This document shows, piece by piece, positions 1 to 9,756 of a stretch of 64,000 bases of DNA. The DNA comes from a virus: IMG/VR virus record IMGVR_UViG_3300027963_000071, positions 2,909-66,908 of that record; one strand, 5' to 3'. Positions within the stretch are counted from its first letter, which is position 1; every line of letters starts with the position of its first letter. The translations under genes were made by a program, and so were the position numbers. A model generated the notes under the pieces. The model worked only from the letters and a program-made list of their open reading frames with translations, made no database searches and was not told where the DNA came from.

Positions 1-1
1 A

Positions 2-541
2 ACCCACACAGACGGCAGCAATCATTTTATCTATACAAGATTCCTAGTTCCTTATTTGATGTCTTGGACAGGCAGTGCTATATTCATAGATGGCGATATG
101 ATTGTGCGTGGGGATATAGCAGAGCTGTGGGCATTGAGAGAAATGGATAAGGACGTCATGGTAGTTAAGCATGACTATAAAACTAAAATGAAAGAAAAAT
201 ATCTTGGTTCAAAAAACGAAGATTACCCTCGCAAAAATTGGTCAAGTGTTATTTTATGGAACTGCAACAGCTATCCCAATCGCAAATTAACTCCTGAATA
301 TGTTATGAATGCCACTGGTGCGGAATTACATAGATTCTCGTGGATTGACGATGCACGAATAGGTGAACTGCCCAAAGAATGGAATTGGTTACCAGACGAA
401 TATGGTCCAAACCCGGCTGCCAAGTTGCTACACTATACACTCGGCACACCTTGCTTTCACGAGTTTGCTAATACTCCTATGGGTGACGAATGGCACCGTG
501 AAAGAATTCTTACAGAATATTGTCAACAAAGAGATATATGA
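2..541 (+). CDS. Glycosyltransferase (GT-A/GT8-like), 5'-truncated by window
   Basis: Frame open from base 2 (THTDGSNHFIYTRFLVPYLM...); FIDGDM DxD motif, NWSSVILWN, WNWL, LHYTLGTP. Confidence 0.75.
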   Translation, partial: THTDGSNHFIYTRFLVPYLMSWTGSAIFIDGDMIVRGDIAELWALREMDKDVMVVKHDYKTKMKEKYLGSKNEDYPRKNWSSVILWNCNSYPNRKLTPEYVMNATGAELHRFSWIDDARIGELPKEWNWLPDEYGPNPAAKLLHYTLGTPCFHEFANTPMGDEWHRERILTEYCQQRDI

Positions 542-1359
542 ACAATTGGATTTTCTTAAGTAAGAATGGCGAAGATCCTTACATTAATATGTTTGCCACA
601 GGAACCGGAGGCAGAGTAATTCGTACAGAGGATTTTAATTACGAAGACAGTCAAGATCCTATTGTAATGCGTGGAATTCTCAAACATAAAATAATGGAAA
701 AGTGTCTTGCTGATAAAAGAGATTTTTATTTTATCGATACTGGATACTTAGGCAATCAACGTACTAAAGAAAATCCAAACGGTTGGAAATATTATCATAG
801 AATTGTAAAAAACGATATCCAACACAATGAAATTATACCACGTCCGGCCGATAGATTTGAAAGACTAAATCTTCCTGTGTACAAATGGAAAAAAGGTGGA
901 CGCAATATTTTAATTGCCAAACCTGATGACAAACCTATGAAACACTACAGGATAGATTTAGACCAGTGGCTCGAAGAAACTATAGCTGAAATTAAAAAAC
1001 ACACCGATAGACCTATTGTTGTGAGGGAGCGAGTTAAGAGCAGAACAGAGCGTGTTGTTAATAAAAGTCTCAAAGAAGCATTAGGAGAAAATGTTTTTGC
1101 ATTAGTAACTTTTAATAGTAATGCAGCCACCGAAGCAATTATGTACGGGTATCCAGCGTTTACTCTAGCACCTAGTCATGCTGCTAAACCAGTATCTCTA
1201 CAGGATCTATCAAAAATAGAAACACCATATTATCCAGAAGAAGATAAAGTACGTGCATGGTTACACCACCTTGCCTATTGTCAATACCATGTTAATGAAC
1301 TACGAGACGGGTCAGCAAAAAGGATGTTAGATGAAACATATAATAACCCCTCAAGATAA
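538..1359 (+). CDS. Capsule-synthesis-like (GT-B-type) putative glycosyltransferase
   Basis: ATGA overlap with the upstream stop; TDRPIVVRER and TFNSNAATEAIMYGYP motifs shared with 2670..3605 and 7713..8546. Confidence 0.55.
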   Translation: MNNWIFLSKNGEDPYINMFATGTGGRVIRTEDFNYEDSQDPIVMRGILKHKIMEKCLADKRDFYFIDTGYLGNQRTKENPNGWKYYHRIVKNDIQHNEIIPRPADRFERLNLPVYKWKKGGRNILIAKPDDKPMKHYRIDLDQWLEETIAEIKKHTDRPIVVRERVKSRTERVVNKSLKEALGENVFALVTFNSNAATEAIMYGYPAFTLAPSHAAKPVSLQDLSKIETPYYPEEDKVRAWLHHLAYCQYHVNELRDGSAKRMLDETYNNPSR

Positions 1360-2005
1360 TTTTTTCTCTATTCTTTCGGAAAACAATAATATTTTATCTT
1401 TCGGAAAAGAATCAAGAGATATTGCAGTATCCTATGTTACTAATTTCAATGAAGTAATTGATATCGGAGCTCATGTAGGAATAAGTGTATTAGATTGGTC
1501 AGATAAGTTTAAAATGGTATACGCATTTGAACCAATGTTAGATCATTATAAGTGTTTAGAAACAAATACCGAAAATCTTAACAATGTTAAATTATTCAAT
1601 TGTGCAATTAGTGACGAAGAAAAAACAATGTACGGTGCGTATAGGACCAGTAAAAATTCTGGAAGTTTTCAAATTTTAGATTCGGTATATCAACAACCTA
1701 AGAAAAAAACGCCAAGACAAATATATGAAATAGAATCTAAAAGATTAGATAATTTTGAATTTTTAAACGTTGGATTAATTAAAATTGATGTCGAGGGTTG
1801 GGAGTTAGAAGTGTTGAAAGGGGCAGTTAATACCATCAACAAATTCAAACCTGTGCTGCTAGTAGAGTTCACCGGCGGCAGTTCGAAAAAAAGTCTGCAT
1901 CGATATGATGTAGAAGAATATTATAAATTAATAGAATTTTTAGGATATATTCCAGTATCACAATCCGGAGATGATACAATATATGTCCACAAGGAACTTA
2001 AATGA
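1331..2005 (+). CDS. FkbM-family SAM methyltransferase
   Basis: IDIGAHVG, YAFEP, IKIDVEGWELEVLKGA. Confidence 0.85.
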   Translation: MKHIITPQDNFFSILSENNNILSFGKESRDIAVSYVTNFNEVIDIGAHVGISVLDWSDKFKMVYAFEPMLDHYKCLETNTENLNNVKLFNCAISDEEKTMYGAYRTSKNSGSFQILDSVYQQPKKKTPRQIYEIESKRLDNFEFLNVGLIKIDVEGWELEVLKGAVNTINKFKPVLLVEFTGGSSKKSLHRYDVEEYYKLIEFLGYIPVSQSGDDTIYVHKELK

Positions 2006-2673
2006 AATTACACTTTATTACCAGTCTATCAAAAGAATATTGGGAAACCGTTGCAAAGAAATGTATACTTACTTGGAATCTTCCAGGAAAAGTTACGGTA
2101 TTCATCGATCAACAATTTGGAGACTTAGATTGGGCCGATGAAATCCCATTTCACAAACATCTACTATACGTACCGCCATTAAAAGTAGACGAATTCACAC
2201 CTACAGCAAAAGTTAGAAAGTTTTGGGGCAAAGCCTGCGCACAGATAGTGGCTGTTAGAAATAGGGAAGAAGATGAAAGAATCATTTGGTTAGATAGCGA
2301 TATAGAACAAATAGCTCCAGCACCAGAACAACTTTTTATAGATGAATTCGATGCTCCTATAGAAATGATGCATAGCGGTGACGGACAAGATTGTTGGGAA
2401 AGTGGCTTGGTTATATTCAATCAACAAAATGGTAAACTAAATCAATTTATGAAAAATTATGACATGAATTGGAACGATGAAGTATTACTTGCCGAATTAT
2501 GGAAGCCGTATGATGCACAAGTTATGGGATATACAGCCAGTCATAAAGGATACCAAAATCTATGTGCAGTTCCCTGCAAAAACGAAAGTGCCCTGCTAAA
2601 CACCAGATTCGGGACTATTTTTAAACATTGGATTAACAAAGAGAATAAAGAGATATTAAAAAATAAAGTATGA
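2002..2673 (+). CDS. Putative glycosyltransferase (GT-A)
   Basis: IIWLDSD DxD motif, ESGLVIFN; resembles 6478..7281. Confidence 0.55.
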   Translation: MKLHFITSLSKEYWETVAKKCILTWNLPGKVTVFIDQQFGDLDWADEIPFHKHLLYVPPLKVDEFTPTAKVRKFWGKACAQIVAVRNREEDERIIWLDSDIEQIAPAPEQLFIDEFDAPIEMMHSGDGQDCWESGLVIFNQQNGKLNQFMKNYDMNWNDEVLLAELWKPYDAQVMGYTASHKGYQNLCAVPCKNESALLNTRFGTIFKHWINKENKEILKNKV

Positions 2674-3605
2674 AGACCATAGCTGTTTATCATTCCTCTG
2701 TACCAAATGCTAAGAGTCAAGAAAAAATTGACATCCTAAGAAACTTTTCTGCTGGTGCAAAAACTGTTGGAGAAAATGTATTAGATATCTACGATAACAT
2801 AATACACACCGCAGATGTAGGAATTATTCAAGGTTGGTTAGGCCCAGGAACTCCGTCTAGTACTCATTTACAATTGAGAAACAATGTTATAAATCACCAA
2901 TTACAACAACAAAGATATGTTGTAGCTGTAGACAGCAATTTGTTTTTATACGCTGATACATCTAATCCAATGCACTATCTAAGATACAGTTTTAATGGTG
3001 TTTTTCCTAATACAGGAATATATTGTGATACAGAAATTGATCCAACTAGATGGCAAAAGATCAGTCGTAATTTAAATTTAAATTTAAAAAATTATAGAAC
3101 CAATGGTGATCACATTTTAATCTGTCTACAACGTAATGGTGGATGGAGTATGGGAAATACCGATGTACAAGACTGGGCAATTCAAACTATTGATACCCTA
3201 AGACAACATACAGACAGGCCATTTATAATAAGGGCTCATCCCGGAGATAAAGCAGCACGTGAATATTTAGATCCACGTAATCCTAAATGTAAAATTAAAT
3301 TTTCTAAACGTGTACGACTTAGTACTGAGGCAAACTTAGTTGATGATTTAAAAGGTTGTTGGGCAGCAGTTAATTATAACTCAAGTCCAGTAGTCGGCGC
3401 CGCAATGGAAGGATATCCTATTTTTGTAATGGACACCACAAAGAGTCAATGTGCTGAAATTGCCAATACTGACTTATCACAAATAGAAAACCCACTAATG
3501 CCGGACAGACAACAGTGGGTTGAAAGATTAAGCATGTTTCACTGGAACTTTGGTGAATTAAAATCTGGCGAATGTTGGCGCCATATGAAAAAATTTATTT
3601 CTTGA
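2670..3605 (+). CDS. Capsule-synthesis-like putative glycosyltransferase
   Basis: TDRPFIIRAHP, NYNSSPVVGAAMEGYP. Confidence 0.55.
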   Translation: MKTIAVYHSSVPNAKSQEKIDILRNFSAGAKTVGENVLDIYDNIIHTADVGIIQGWLGPGTPSSTHLQLRNNVINHQLQQQRYVVAVDSNLFLYADTSNPMHYLRYSFNGVFPNTGIYCDTEIDPTRWQKISRNLNLNLKNYRTNGDHILICLQRNGGWSMGNTDVQDWAIQTIDTLRQHTDRPFIIRAHPGDKAAREYLDPRNPKCKIKFSKRVRLSTEANLVDDLKGCWAAVNYNSSPVVGAAMEGYPIFVMDTTKSQCAEIANTDLSQIENPLMPDRQQWVERLSMFHWNFGELKSGECWRHMKKFIS

Positions 3606-4128
3606 TCTGAACAATAACATCATCTGGTCTATTTTTATTGTCTCTCATATCAAAAATTTGAACAGACGGATGTAAACTTAGAAACGCTTCTCTAGAAGAA
3701 TCAAGGTCTCGAATATCTTCAATAATATAAATCCCGCCTACATTTAATTTAGGAAATAATAAATTAAATGATTTAATTTGATGTTTAAAGACATGTGATC
3801 CGTCGTCGATAATAACATCAAACCCGTCGAGATTTTTAAATGTATCAGGATCAGTAGCATCGCCCTCAATCATTTGACATCCTGTATTAACATTAGGGAC
3901 TTTAATATCAACGCCTACTATTTCAGCTTGTAGAAAATACTCTTTCCACATCATTAGAGAATGGCCTTGGTTAATGCCAATCTCTAAAACTTTAAGAGCA
4001 GTGGTCCTATATGGTGCAAGAGCTGTGTCATAGTACTCATCAATATAACTATGCACCGTTCCTTTATCTCCACCGGCTACTGGAGATTCGGTACAATACT
4101 TGTTATAAATTTCTTGTAATGTCTTCAT
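3595..4128 (-). CDS. Class I SAM-dependent (sugar O-)methyltransferase
   Basis: DKGTVHSY, VLEIGI, DVIIDDGSH, GGIYIIED. Confidence 0.8.
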   Translation of the reverse strand: MKTLQEIYNKYCTESPVAGGDKGTVHSYIDEYYDTALAPYRTTALKVLEIGINQGHSLMMWKEYFLQAEIVGVDIKVPNVNTGCQMIEGDATDPDTFKNLDGFDVIIDDGSHVFKHQIKSFNLLFPKLNVGGIYIIEDIRDLDSSREAFLSLHPSVQIFDMRDNKNRPDDVIVQIKK

Positions 4129-5129
4129 TACATTAACCTATCTTTCCACGTGGCTGGGGTTTTTTCATTAATAATTTCTAGCTTATATCTATAATTAAAC
4201 GGATGAGGACCGCGATTACGAATATAATTAGCAGTTTCGTGAATACTCTGCTCTAGTGTTGCTTTTGTTTCATATCCTAAGACTGTTCTTGCTTTATCAG
4301 CAGTACAACTGGCATGTTTAACTTCACGTGGACGATCTGGCATGTGAATCGCTTCGCCTTCGAACCCACACTCTTTCATAACAAGTGCTGCCATGTCCTT
4401 AACAGTAATAGTGCCTTCGTCTGGCCCAATATTAATTGTTTGATATACTATAGTAGGATCCAATGCTAATTTTTCTAAACACTGAATACAGTCTCCCACG
4501 TAACTAAAACACCGAGTTTGCAATCCGTCGCCATAAATTATCGGTGGGTTGCCTTGTAATACACGATTAATCATAATGCTCATTACATTACGGAACGGGT
4601 CATCGTAACACTGACGAGGTCCGACAATATTATGTGGAATAGCAATGTTCCATTCCATTCCGTGTGTTTCACAAAGCATTTTTAAAACATCTTCTGATGC
4701 TACTTTAGCAACTGCATATGGATCTTCAGGAGCCGGTGGATAGTCTTCATGGAACGGAGCTACTTGATTTCCATAACGTGCCATACTTGAACAAAATACA
4801 AATCGTTTAACTTTGTTTTGTATTGCAGCACTGATTGTAGACACACTTGCTTCAAAAATATTACGTGTAATAAAACTTGGACTGAATACACTTAGCCCTT
4901 CATGCGCTGTGGCTGCGGCATGAATAACGATATCGGTACCAGCCATTACGGCTGATAGTTTTTCATTATCGCAACAGTCCATTTCATAAAAATGCACACC
5001 TGCTGGAACATTGTCTCGATACCCACCAATTAAATTATCATTACCCGATACTTCGTGTCCTAACTCGATCATTCTATCTGCAAGATGGCTTCCTAAAAAC
5101 CCTGCAACACCTGTAATAAAAATTTTCAT
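4128..5129 (-). CDS. NAD-dependent nucleotide-sugar epimerase/dehydratase
   Basis: GVAGFLGS Rossmann motif, YAVAK catalytic YxxxK, GDGLQTRCFSYV. Confidence 0.9.
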   Translation of the reverse strand: MKIFITGVAGFLGSHLADRMIELGHEVSGNDNLIGGYRDNVPAGVHFYEMDCCDNEKLSAVMAGTDIVIHAAATAHEGLSVFSPSFITRNIFEASVSTISAAIQNKVKRFVFCSSMARYGNQVAPFHEDYPPAPEDPYAVAKVASEDVLKMLCETHGMEWNIAIPHNIVGPRQCYDDPFRNVMSIMINRVLQGNPPIIYGDGLQTRCFSYVGDCIQCLEKLALDPTIVYQTINIGPDEGTITVKDMAALVMKECGFEGEAIHMPDRPREVKHASCTADKARTVLGYETKATLEQSIHETANYIRNRGPHPFNYRYKLEIINEKTPATWKDRLM

Positions 5130-5798
5130 TTACTGTCCTTTATAATTCTGAATAAATTGTTTTAATGCATCAGCATCAGCATTTTTATGTCGTTCACTGT
5201 TTTCCCAAATCCACGTGTCTCGTTCTAACAGCCATGTTTTTTGATATCTTCTCATAGTATCGTCACCAACGCTGGTTATTATGGGCATTATGAAATGAGG
5301 CAAGTGACAATACCGACCGATAGATTTTGCAACATCTCTGCACCAATGGTCAACATAATGTAGATGAAAGTGCGGTGGCACAAAATATCCTAATGTGTTT
5401 ATCCAATTTCGATGTAAGAAAAAATGAGGGCACTTGCTGTTTCCTAAATTTTCTGCTTTCGGTGCTACTATTGCTATCTTGTCGGGGAATTTATCAAACA
5501 CTTCGATAATAACTGGACCCCATAGCGGAGTATGGACCTGTGCATCGTCTCCCATTAAAAAGATAATATCATATTTGGCTTTCTTTGCCAACATGTTCCA
5601 AGAATATCCAGGACTTCTGTCCGGGCCAATTTCGTAGTGTACTGGGTTTAATCTTTTAATGTATTCGGGTAATGCCGGATCGTCATCATTGAGATAGATT
5701 AAAATTTCAATATCACATCCTGGATTATCTAGAAGAGATTTGATCATTCTTTCTGCCAATTCTGGTCTTCCCCTACTAGGGCATACTACGCTAATCAT
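5130..5798 (-). CDS. GT2-family glycosyltransferase
   Basis: ISVVCPSRGR N-terminus, WNMLAKKAKYDIIFLMGDD. Confidence 0.75.
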   Translation of the reverse strand: MISVVCPSRGRPELAERMIKSLLDNPGCDIEILIYLNDDDPALPEYIKRLNPVHYEIGPDRSPGYSWNMLAKKAKYDIIFLMGDDAQVHTPLWGPVIIEVFDKFPDKIAIVAPKAENLGNSKCPHFFLHRNWINTLGYFVPPHFHLHYVDHWCRDVAKSIGRYCHLPHFIMPIITSVGDDTMRRYQKTWLLERDTWIWENSERHKNADADALKQFIQNYKGQ

Positions 5799-6487
5799 AA
5801 TTTATATGTGTCCCAATTAAATTTACCTCTGGTCAAACTTACCTTGCCATCTTTTTTGGTTAATGCCATCCCCATAACGTAGTTGTGTATTTGTATTCTA
5901 ACATGATGTTGGTTAATTGCATTGTCTGCGGGAAGATATGTTTTGTTGTATATATCTAATAATTTCTTAGCAGTATGCGGCTTAACAGCATATCCGCAAC
6001 AGCCGGGCATAGAACTTTGATAGTAGTCGGCGGCATGCGGCTCTCCAACTGGACTGTCAAAATAATGCCTATATTTTTCTGTCTTGCTAGGATGTCCTAA
6101 TGCCAATACTAACACATCATCCCAGTCTATAGGAAGATAGTTTCTAACTAACACTATGTCGTCTTCCCATATAGCAATGGGTTCGTTAAGTTCTACACAT
6201 TTTTTCCATAATCTATAATGACTGTAAAAACAACCTTGCTCCCCAAGACCTAACTGTATAGAAGGATCCAATGGGTTGATAATTCCATCTGCCGGTGGCC
6301 CTTTGATGCCCCAGGGGTGTAGTGTCCTACCTTCTTGTTTTATAATAGCCGCAGCATCGTTGCCGTATGTGCCTTCAAATAATTCAACTGGTTGACCGTA
6401 TGCTTCTAATTGAGTTTTTAAATTTGTAGCAGTCTTTAACGATGCTTCAATTTTTGATAAGCAGATAATAAAATTTTTCATCGCCAA
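5795..6487 (-). CDS. GT25-family glycosyltransferase
   Basis: FIICL N-terminus, GEQGCFYSHYRLWKKC, IWEDD, GYAVKP...PAD. Confidence 0.8.
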   Translation of the reverse strand: MAMKNFIICLSKIEASLKTATNLKTQLEAYGQPVELFEGTYGNDAAAIIKQEGRTLHPWGIKGPPADGIINPLDPSIQLGLGEQGCFYSHYRLWKKCVELNEPIAIWEDDIVLVRNYLPIDWDDVLVLALGHPSKTEKYRHYFDSPVGEPHAADYYQSSMPGCCGYAVKPHTAKKLLDIYNKTYLPADNAINQHHVRIQIHNYVMGMALTKKDGKVSLTRGKFNWDTYKL

Positions 6488-7281
6488 TACGCTTCCTTTC
6501 TGCGAACCTTTAAGTCTTGTTGTTTACTACGACCAAGATTTTTTCTATCACCTTTAAGATGATCTAGCCAGCCACCCCATTCACTGTTAATCAGTGGATG
6601 TCCTTCGCCTGTGATCAAATGACTACTCCAGTCGAGTTCATATAGACTAACTGTTTTTCTAACAGCATCGAATACAAAACTATCGTGCCATTCTGCTAAA
6701 GTAAAAATTCCTGTTTCTGCGTCATCATAAAAATGTTGAAAATTTTCTAAAAACATTTTAGTTCGTAGACTACGAAGATTCATAGCATACAGTCCACATT
6801 CACTAAATTTGCCTTTACGTCCAAGGAAACATAAATCTCGATCCGCTGGACAAAGACGCTTTACATCTTCTATTCCTATTGGGCTATGACAAATCGTGTC
6901 TGCATCCATCCATAACAGAATATCAGCATCTGTGGTTTTAGCACAATGAAATATAGCATACACTTTATGAGCAAATCGCACAGCATCCCATTTAAAACCT
7001 TTGCCAGCATCTTTACGCTGACTTCTTACAGGGTCTTGGCTAACATCGCCGTTTGCTTTAGGCACACCTTTCCATTTTTCCTTAAACGCCATTAACTCTG
7101 GAATTTCCTCCAATCTAAATAATGTCACATGGTTATGATTTTTAATTGCAGGATTGCATGCCTCTGGATAAATGTGTAAGGTGACTTCTTCTGGCCACAT
7201 TTCACAAAAAGTATCAATCATACGTTGGCCATATTTTTTTAGGCCAGCTTCATTGAATGTTGTAACTACTGCAATTTTCAT
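6478..7281 (-). CDS. Putative glycosyltransferase (GT-A)
   Basis: RFAHKVYAI, LWMDAD, EWHDSFVFD, DHLKG. Confidence 0.65.
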   Translation of the reverse strand: MKIAVVTTFNEAGLKKYGQRMIDTFCEMWPEEVTLHIYPEACNPAIKNHNHVTLFRLEEIPELMAFKEKWKGVPKANGDVSQDPVRSQRKDAGKGFKWDAVRFAHKVYAIFHCAKTTDADILLWMDADTICHSPIGIEDVKRLCPADRDLCFLGRKGKFSECGLYAMNLRSLRTKMFLENFQHFYDDAETGIFTLAEWHDSFVFDAVRKTVSLYELDWSSHLITGEGHPLINSEWGGWLDHLKGDRKNLGRSKQQDLKVRRKEAYWR

Positions 7282-7685
7282 CGTCTAGGTTTCCATAATT
7301 GGGAATCTTTAAAAATTTCCACCACTTCATAATTTCTTTTATTAAAAAATTTAGCATACTGTGTGGGAATAAACTCGGGGGTACCTACATAAATTAATAA
7401 TTTATGTTTCCTTATAATTTCATCAATTGTGCCAAGATGTTCAAATTGATCTTCATCAATAAACACGGCACCGATATACGGCAAAGGATCAGTATCATTA
7501 AATTCTTTTCTATAAACAATATTCTTTTTTCGAATCTCATCAACTCCGTTTGACAATACAAACACAGTTTTAAAAATTTCAATTAGCTCATCAAAATGAC
7601 CATAGCCTCTTCCCAACACCACACAACACTGCGTATCTTTTACATTTTTGGTAATCTTTTTTATAAACTTGGTCATAATAATCAT
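7278..7685 (-). CDS. Hypothetical protein
   Basis: ORF coupled to the downstream gene, preceded by TATAAATA on the minus strand near 7697-7704. Confidence 0.6.
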   Translation of the reverse strand: MIIMTKFIKKITKNVKDTQCCVVLGRGYGHFDELIEIFKTVFVLSNGVDEIRKKNIVYRKEFNDTDPLPYIGAVFIDEDQFEHLGTIDEIIRKHKLLIYVGTPEFIPTQYAKFFNKRNYEVVEIFKDSQLWKPRR

Positions 7686-7712
7686 TAAATACTCTGTTAT
7701 TTATAACTTCCT

Positions 7713-8546
7713 ATGCGCTTCAGACTCTACCGTGAATATGGTGCATTAAACAGTGCGCCCGTTTTTAATGCCTTTGAACAGGGAATAAAATCTCTTGGGC
7801 ATGAGATCGTTCAAAACCACGAAGAAGTTGCGGTGATATGGTCAGTTTTATGGGCAGGAAGAATGCGTCCAAACAAAGATGTATATCGTCGATGCAAAGA
7901 AAATAATATCCCTGTAGTGATTATTGAAGTGGGAAATTTGTTGAGAGGAAGGTCTTGGAGGATCTGTCTTGACAACATCAACGGACTTGGAACATTTGGC
8001 AATGACCATGATCTCGACCCAAAAAGAACAGAAAAATTAGGCATTAGACTGCGACCAGAGAACACTAATAGAAAATCAGAAATTCTAATCGCATCGCAAC
8101 ACCAAAGCAGCCTGCAGTGGGAGGGTATGCCTACTATGGCACAGTGGGTTGAACGTATCGTGGCAAAACTAAAAGATTACACTGATAGAAAAATCATAAT
8201 TCGTCCCCACCCCAGATGCACATTTTCTTTAAATTTAAACAATTCTATAATAGAATATCCAAAAATTATTCAAGGCAGTTACGACGACTTTGATATAGAC
8301 TACGGTTATCATTGTGTGATAAATCACAATAGTGGTCCTGCTGTGCAAGCATCAATACACGGTGTTCCTGTAATTTGCGACTCTAGTAGTTTAGCTGCTG
8401 AACTCAGTAACAAGATCGAAAATATCGAATCAGTGACTGTTCCAAACAGAAATGAGTGGTTTTTAAAACTTTGTCATACCGAATGGACATTAGACGAAAT
8501 ATCACAAGGTATACCATTACGCAGATTACTTACAAAAATCTCTTGA
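7713..8546 (+). CDS. Capsule-synthesis-like putative glycosyltransferase
   Basis: TDRKIIIRPHP, NHNSGPAVQASIHGVPV. Confidence 0.55.
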   Translation: MRFRLYREYGALNSAPVFNAFEQGIKSLGHEIVQNHEEVAVIWSVLWAGRMRPNKDVYRRCKENNIPVVIIEVGNLLRGRSWRICLDNINGLGTFGNDHDLDPKRTEKLGIRLRPENTNRKSEILIASQHQSSLQWEGMPTMAQWVERIVAKLKDYTDRKIIIRPHPRCTFSLNLNNSIIEYPKIIQGSYDDFDIDYGYHCVINHNSGPAVQASIHGVPVICDSSSLAAELSNKIENIESVTVPNRNEWFLKLCHTEWTLDEISQGIPLRRLLTKIS

Positions 8547-8571
8547 CTTCTCCAACCCAGTAAGCTATAAT
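8543..8571 (+). promoter_or_regulatory. Sigma70-type promoter giving a leaderless transcript
   Basis: TTGACT-17-TATAAT, ATG 6 nt downstream at 8578. Confidence 0.75.
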
Positions 8572-8577
8572 TTATGT

Positions 8578-9756
8578 ATGGCATCATCTGTTTATATAGA
8601 AGACATTTTTGTAGAATTTGCTGAGTATGTTGATAGTAACAAAATATCAATCAACCCTCAAGACGTCGGTGCGATTCATAGTTTCTATAATCATATAACA
8701 AATAATTCTGCATTAACACAGAGCCAAGGCAATTTGTTAATTAAATTTTTGCACAAATATCAACCACAGGCAATACGTATTCACTTTGATTATTCTATCT
8801 TTTTAGCGGATCCACAATGGCGGATGCCGTTTAGATTTCTTGACCTTAGCAAGAGAGTATGGGCAGAGAACGATGAAGAAAAAGTAACGTGGGTCTGTTT
8901 AAAATTTCCTTACCAATTAAAAAAAGAATTTGACGATGAATTTGGAGATAACACAATTCATTCGATATGGGATTCAGAGCGTAGGGTTAGAAAACTAATT
9001 CTGTACAGATATAATCTTATACATGTCTATGAATTTGCAATAAAACACAATTTTGAAATCGACGATACGTTCATGATTGCTGTGGGAGATGTTGAAGAGA
9101 TTTGGCAAAATCAAGACGATATCGTACCGACAAGTGATTTGATTGCCGATTGGATTACCTTGTTTAACAACAGCGAAGAAACCGAAGATTGGTGGAAAGA
9201 ACACAAAACAGGTTGTTATGAAAATGACCTGCTATTGGCAAAAAGCATGGGGTATCCATATGCTGGAAAACCTCACAGTACAATAGAAAAAATAGCTGCT
9301 TCAAAAGAAAATGTTTTTTGGTTGAAAGACACTGTTGAATTTTTAAACATCTGCAATCAGGTACAGGGAAAGATCTGTATATTGCTAGACAGAGCAGGAA
9401 AATCGTTAGATTGGTTAGAACAGTTTGATCTTGCATTGGTACAATCATCTCTCCCAAGAGACACAGTTAGGGTATGTTTTAGAGCAGACAAAGAACAAGG
9501 CCCAGAACTTAATCAATGGATTAAAGATCACGGATTCGGTGGAAAAATTGATGGCGCCAAAGTATTAATTTTTAATCACAAGCCAGCTAAATGGTTGTTT
9601 AAAGAACAAGAAAGTGTTAAAATAATAGCAAGTAACAATATATATTCACCAACAAACACAATATCAAGAGATTGGTTCAACAGCCATCCTTGTGTAATTT
9701 ATATTGGTGATATAAAACCAACAATGTCAAAGGATCAGAAAATTGTCGAGTTGTAA
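8578..9756 (+). CDS. Hypothetical protein, first gene of the replication module
   Basis: 392-aa ORF overlapping the helicase start. Confidence 0.7.
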   Translation: MASSVYIEDIFVEFAEYVDSNKISINPQDVGAIHSFYNHITNNSALTQSQGNLLIKFLHKYQPQAIRIHFDYSIFLADPQWRMPFRFLDLSKRVWAENDEEKVTWVCLKFPYQLKKEFDDEFGDNTIHSIWDSERRVRKLILYRYNLIHVYEFAIKHNFEIDDTFMIAVGDVEEIWQNQDDIVPTSDLIADWITLFNNSEETEDWWKEHKTGCYENDLLLAKSMGYPYAGKPHSTIEKIAASKENVFWLKDTVEFLNICNQVQGKICILLDRAGKSLDWLEQFDLALVQSSLPRDTVRVCFRADKEQGPELNQWIKDHGFGGKIDGAKVLIFNHKPAKWLFKEQESVKIIASNNIYSPTNTISRDWFNSHPCVIYIGDIKPTMSKDQKIVEL

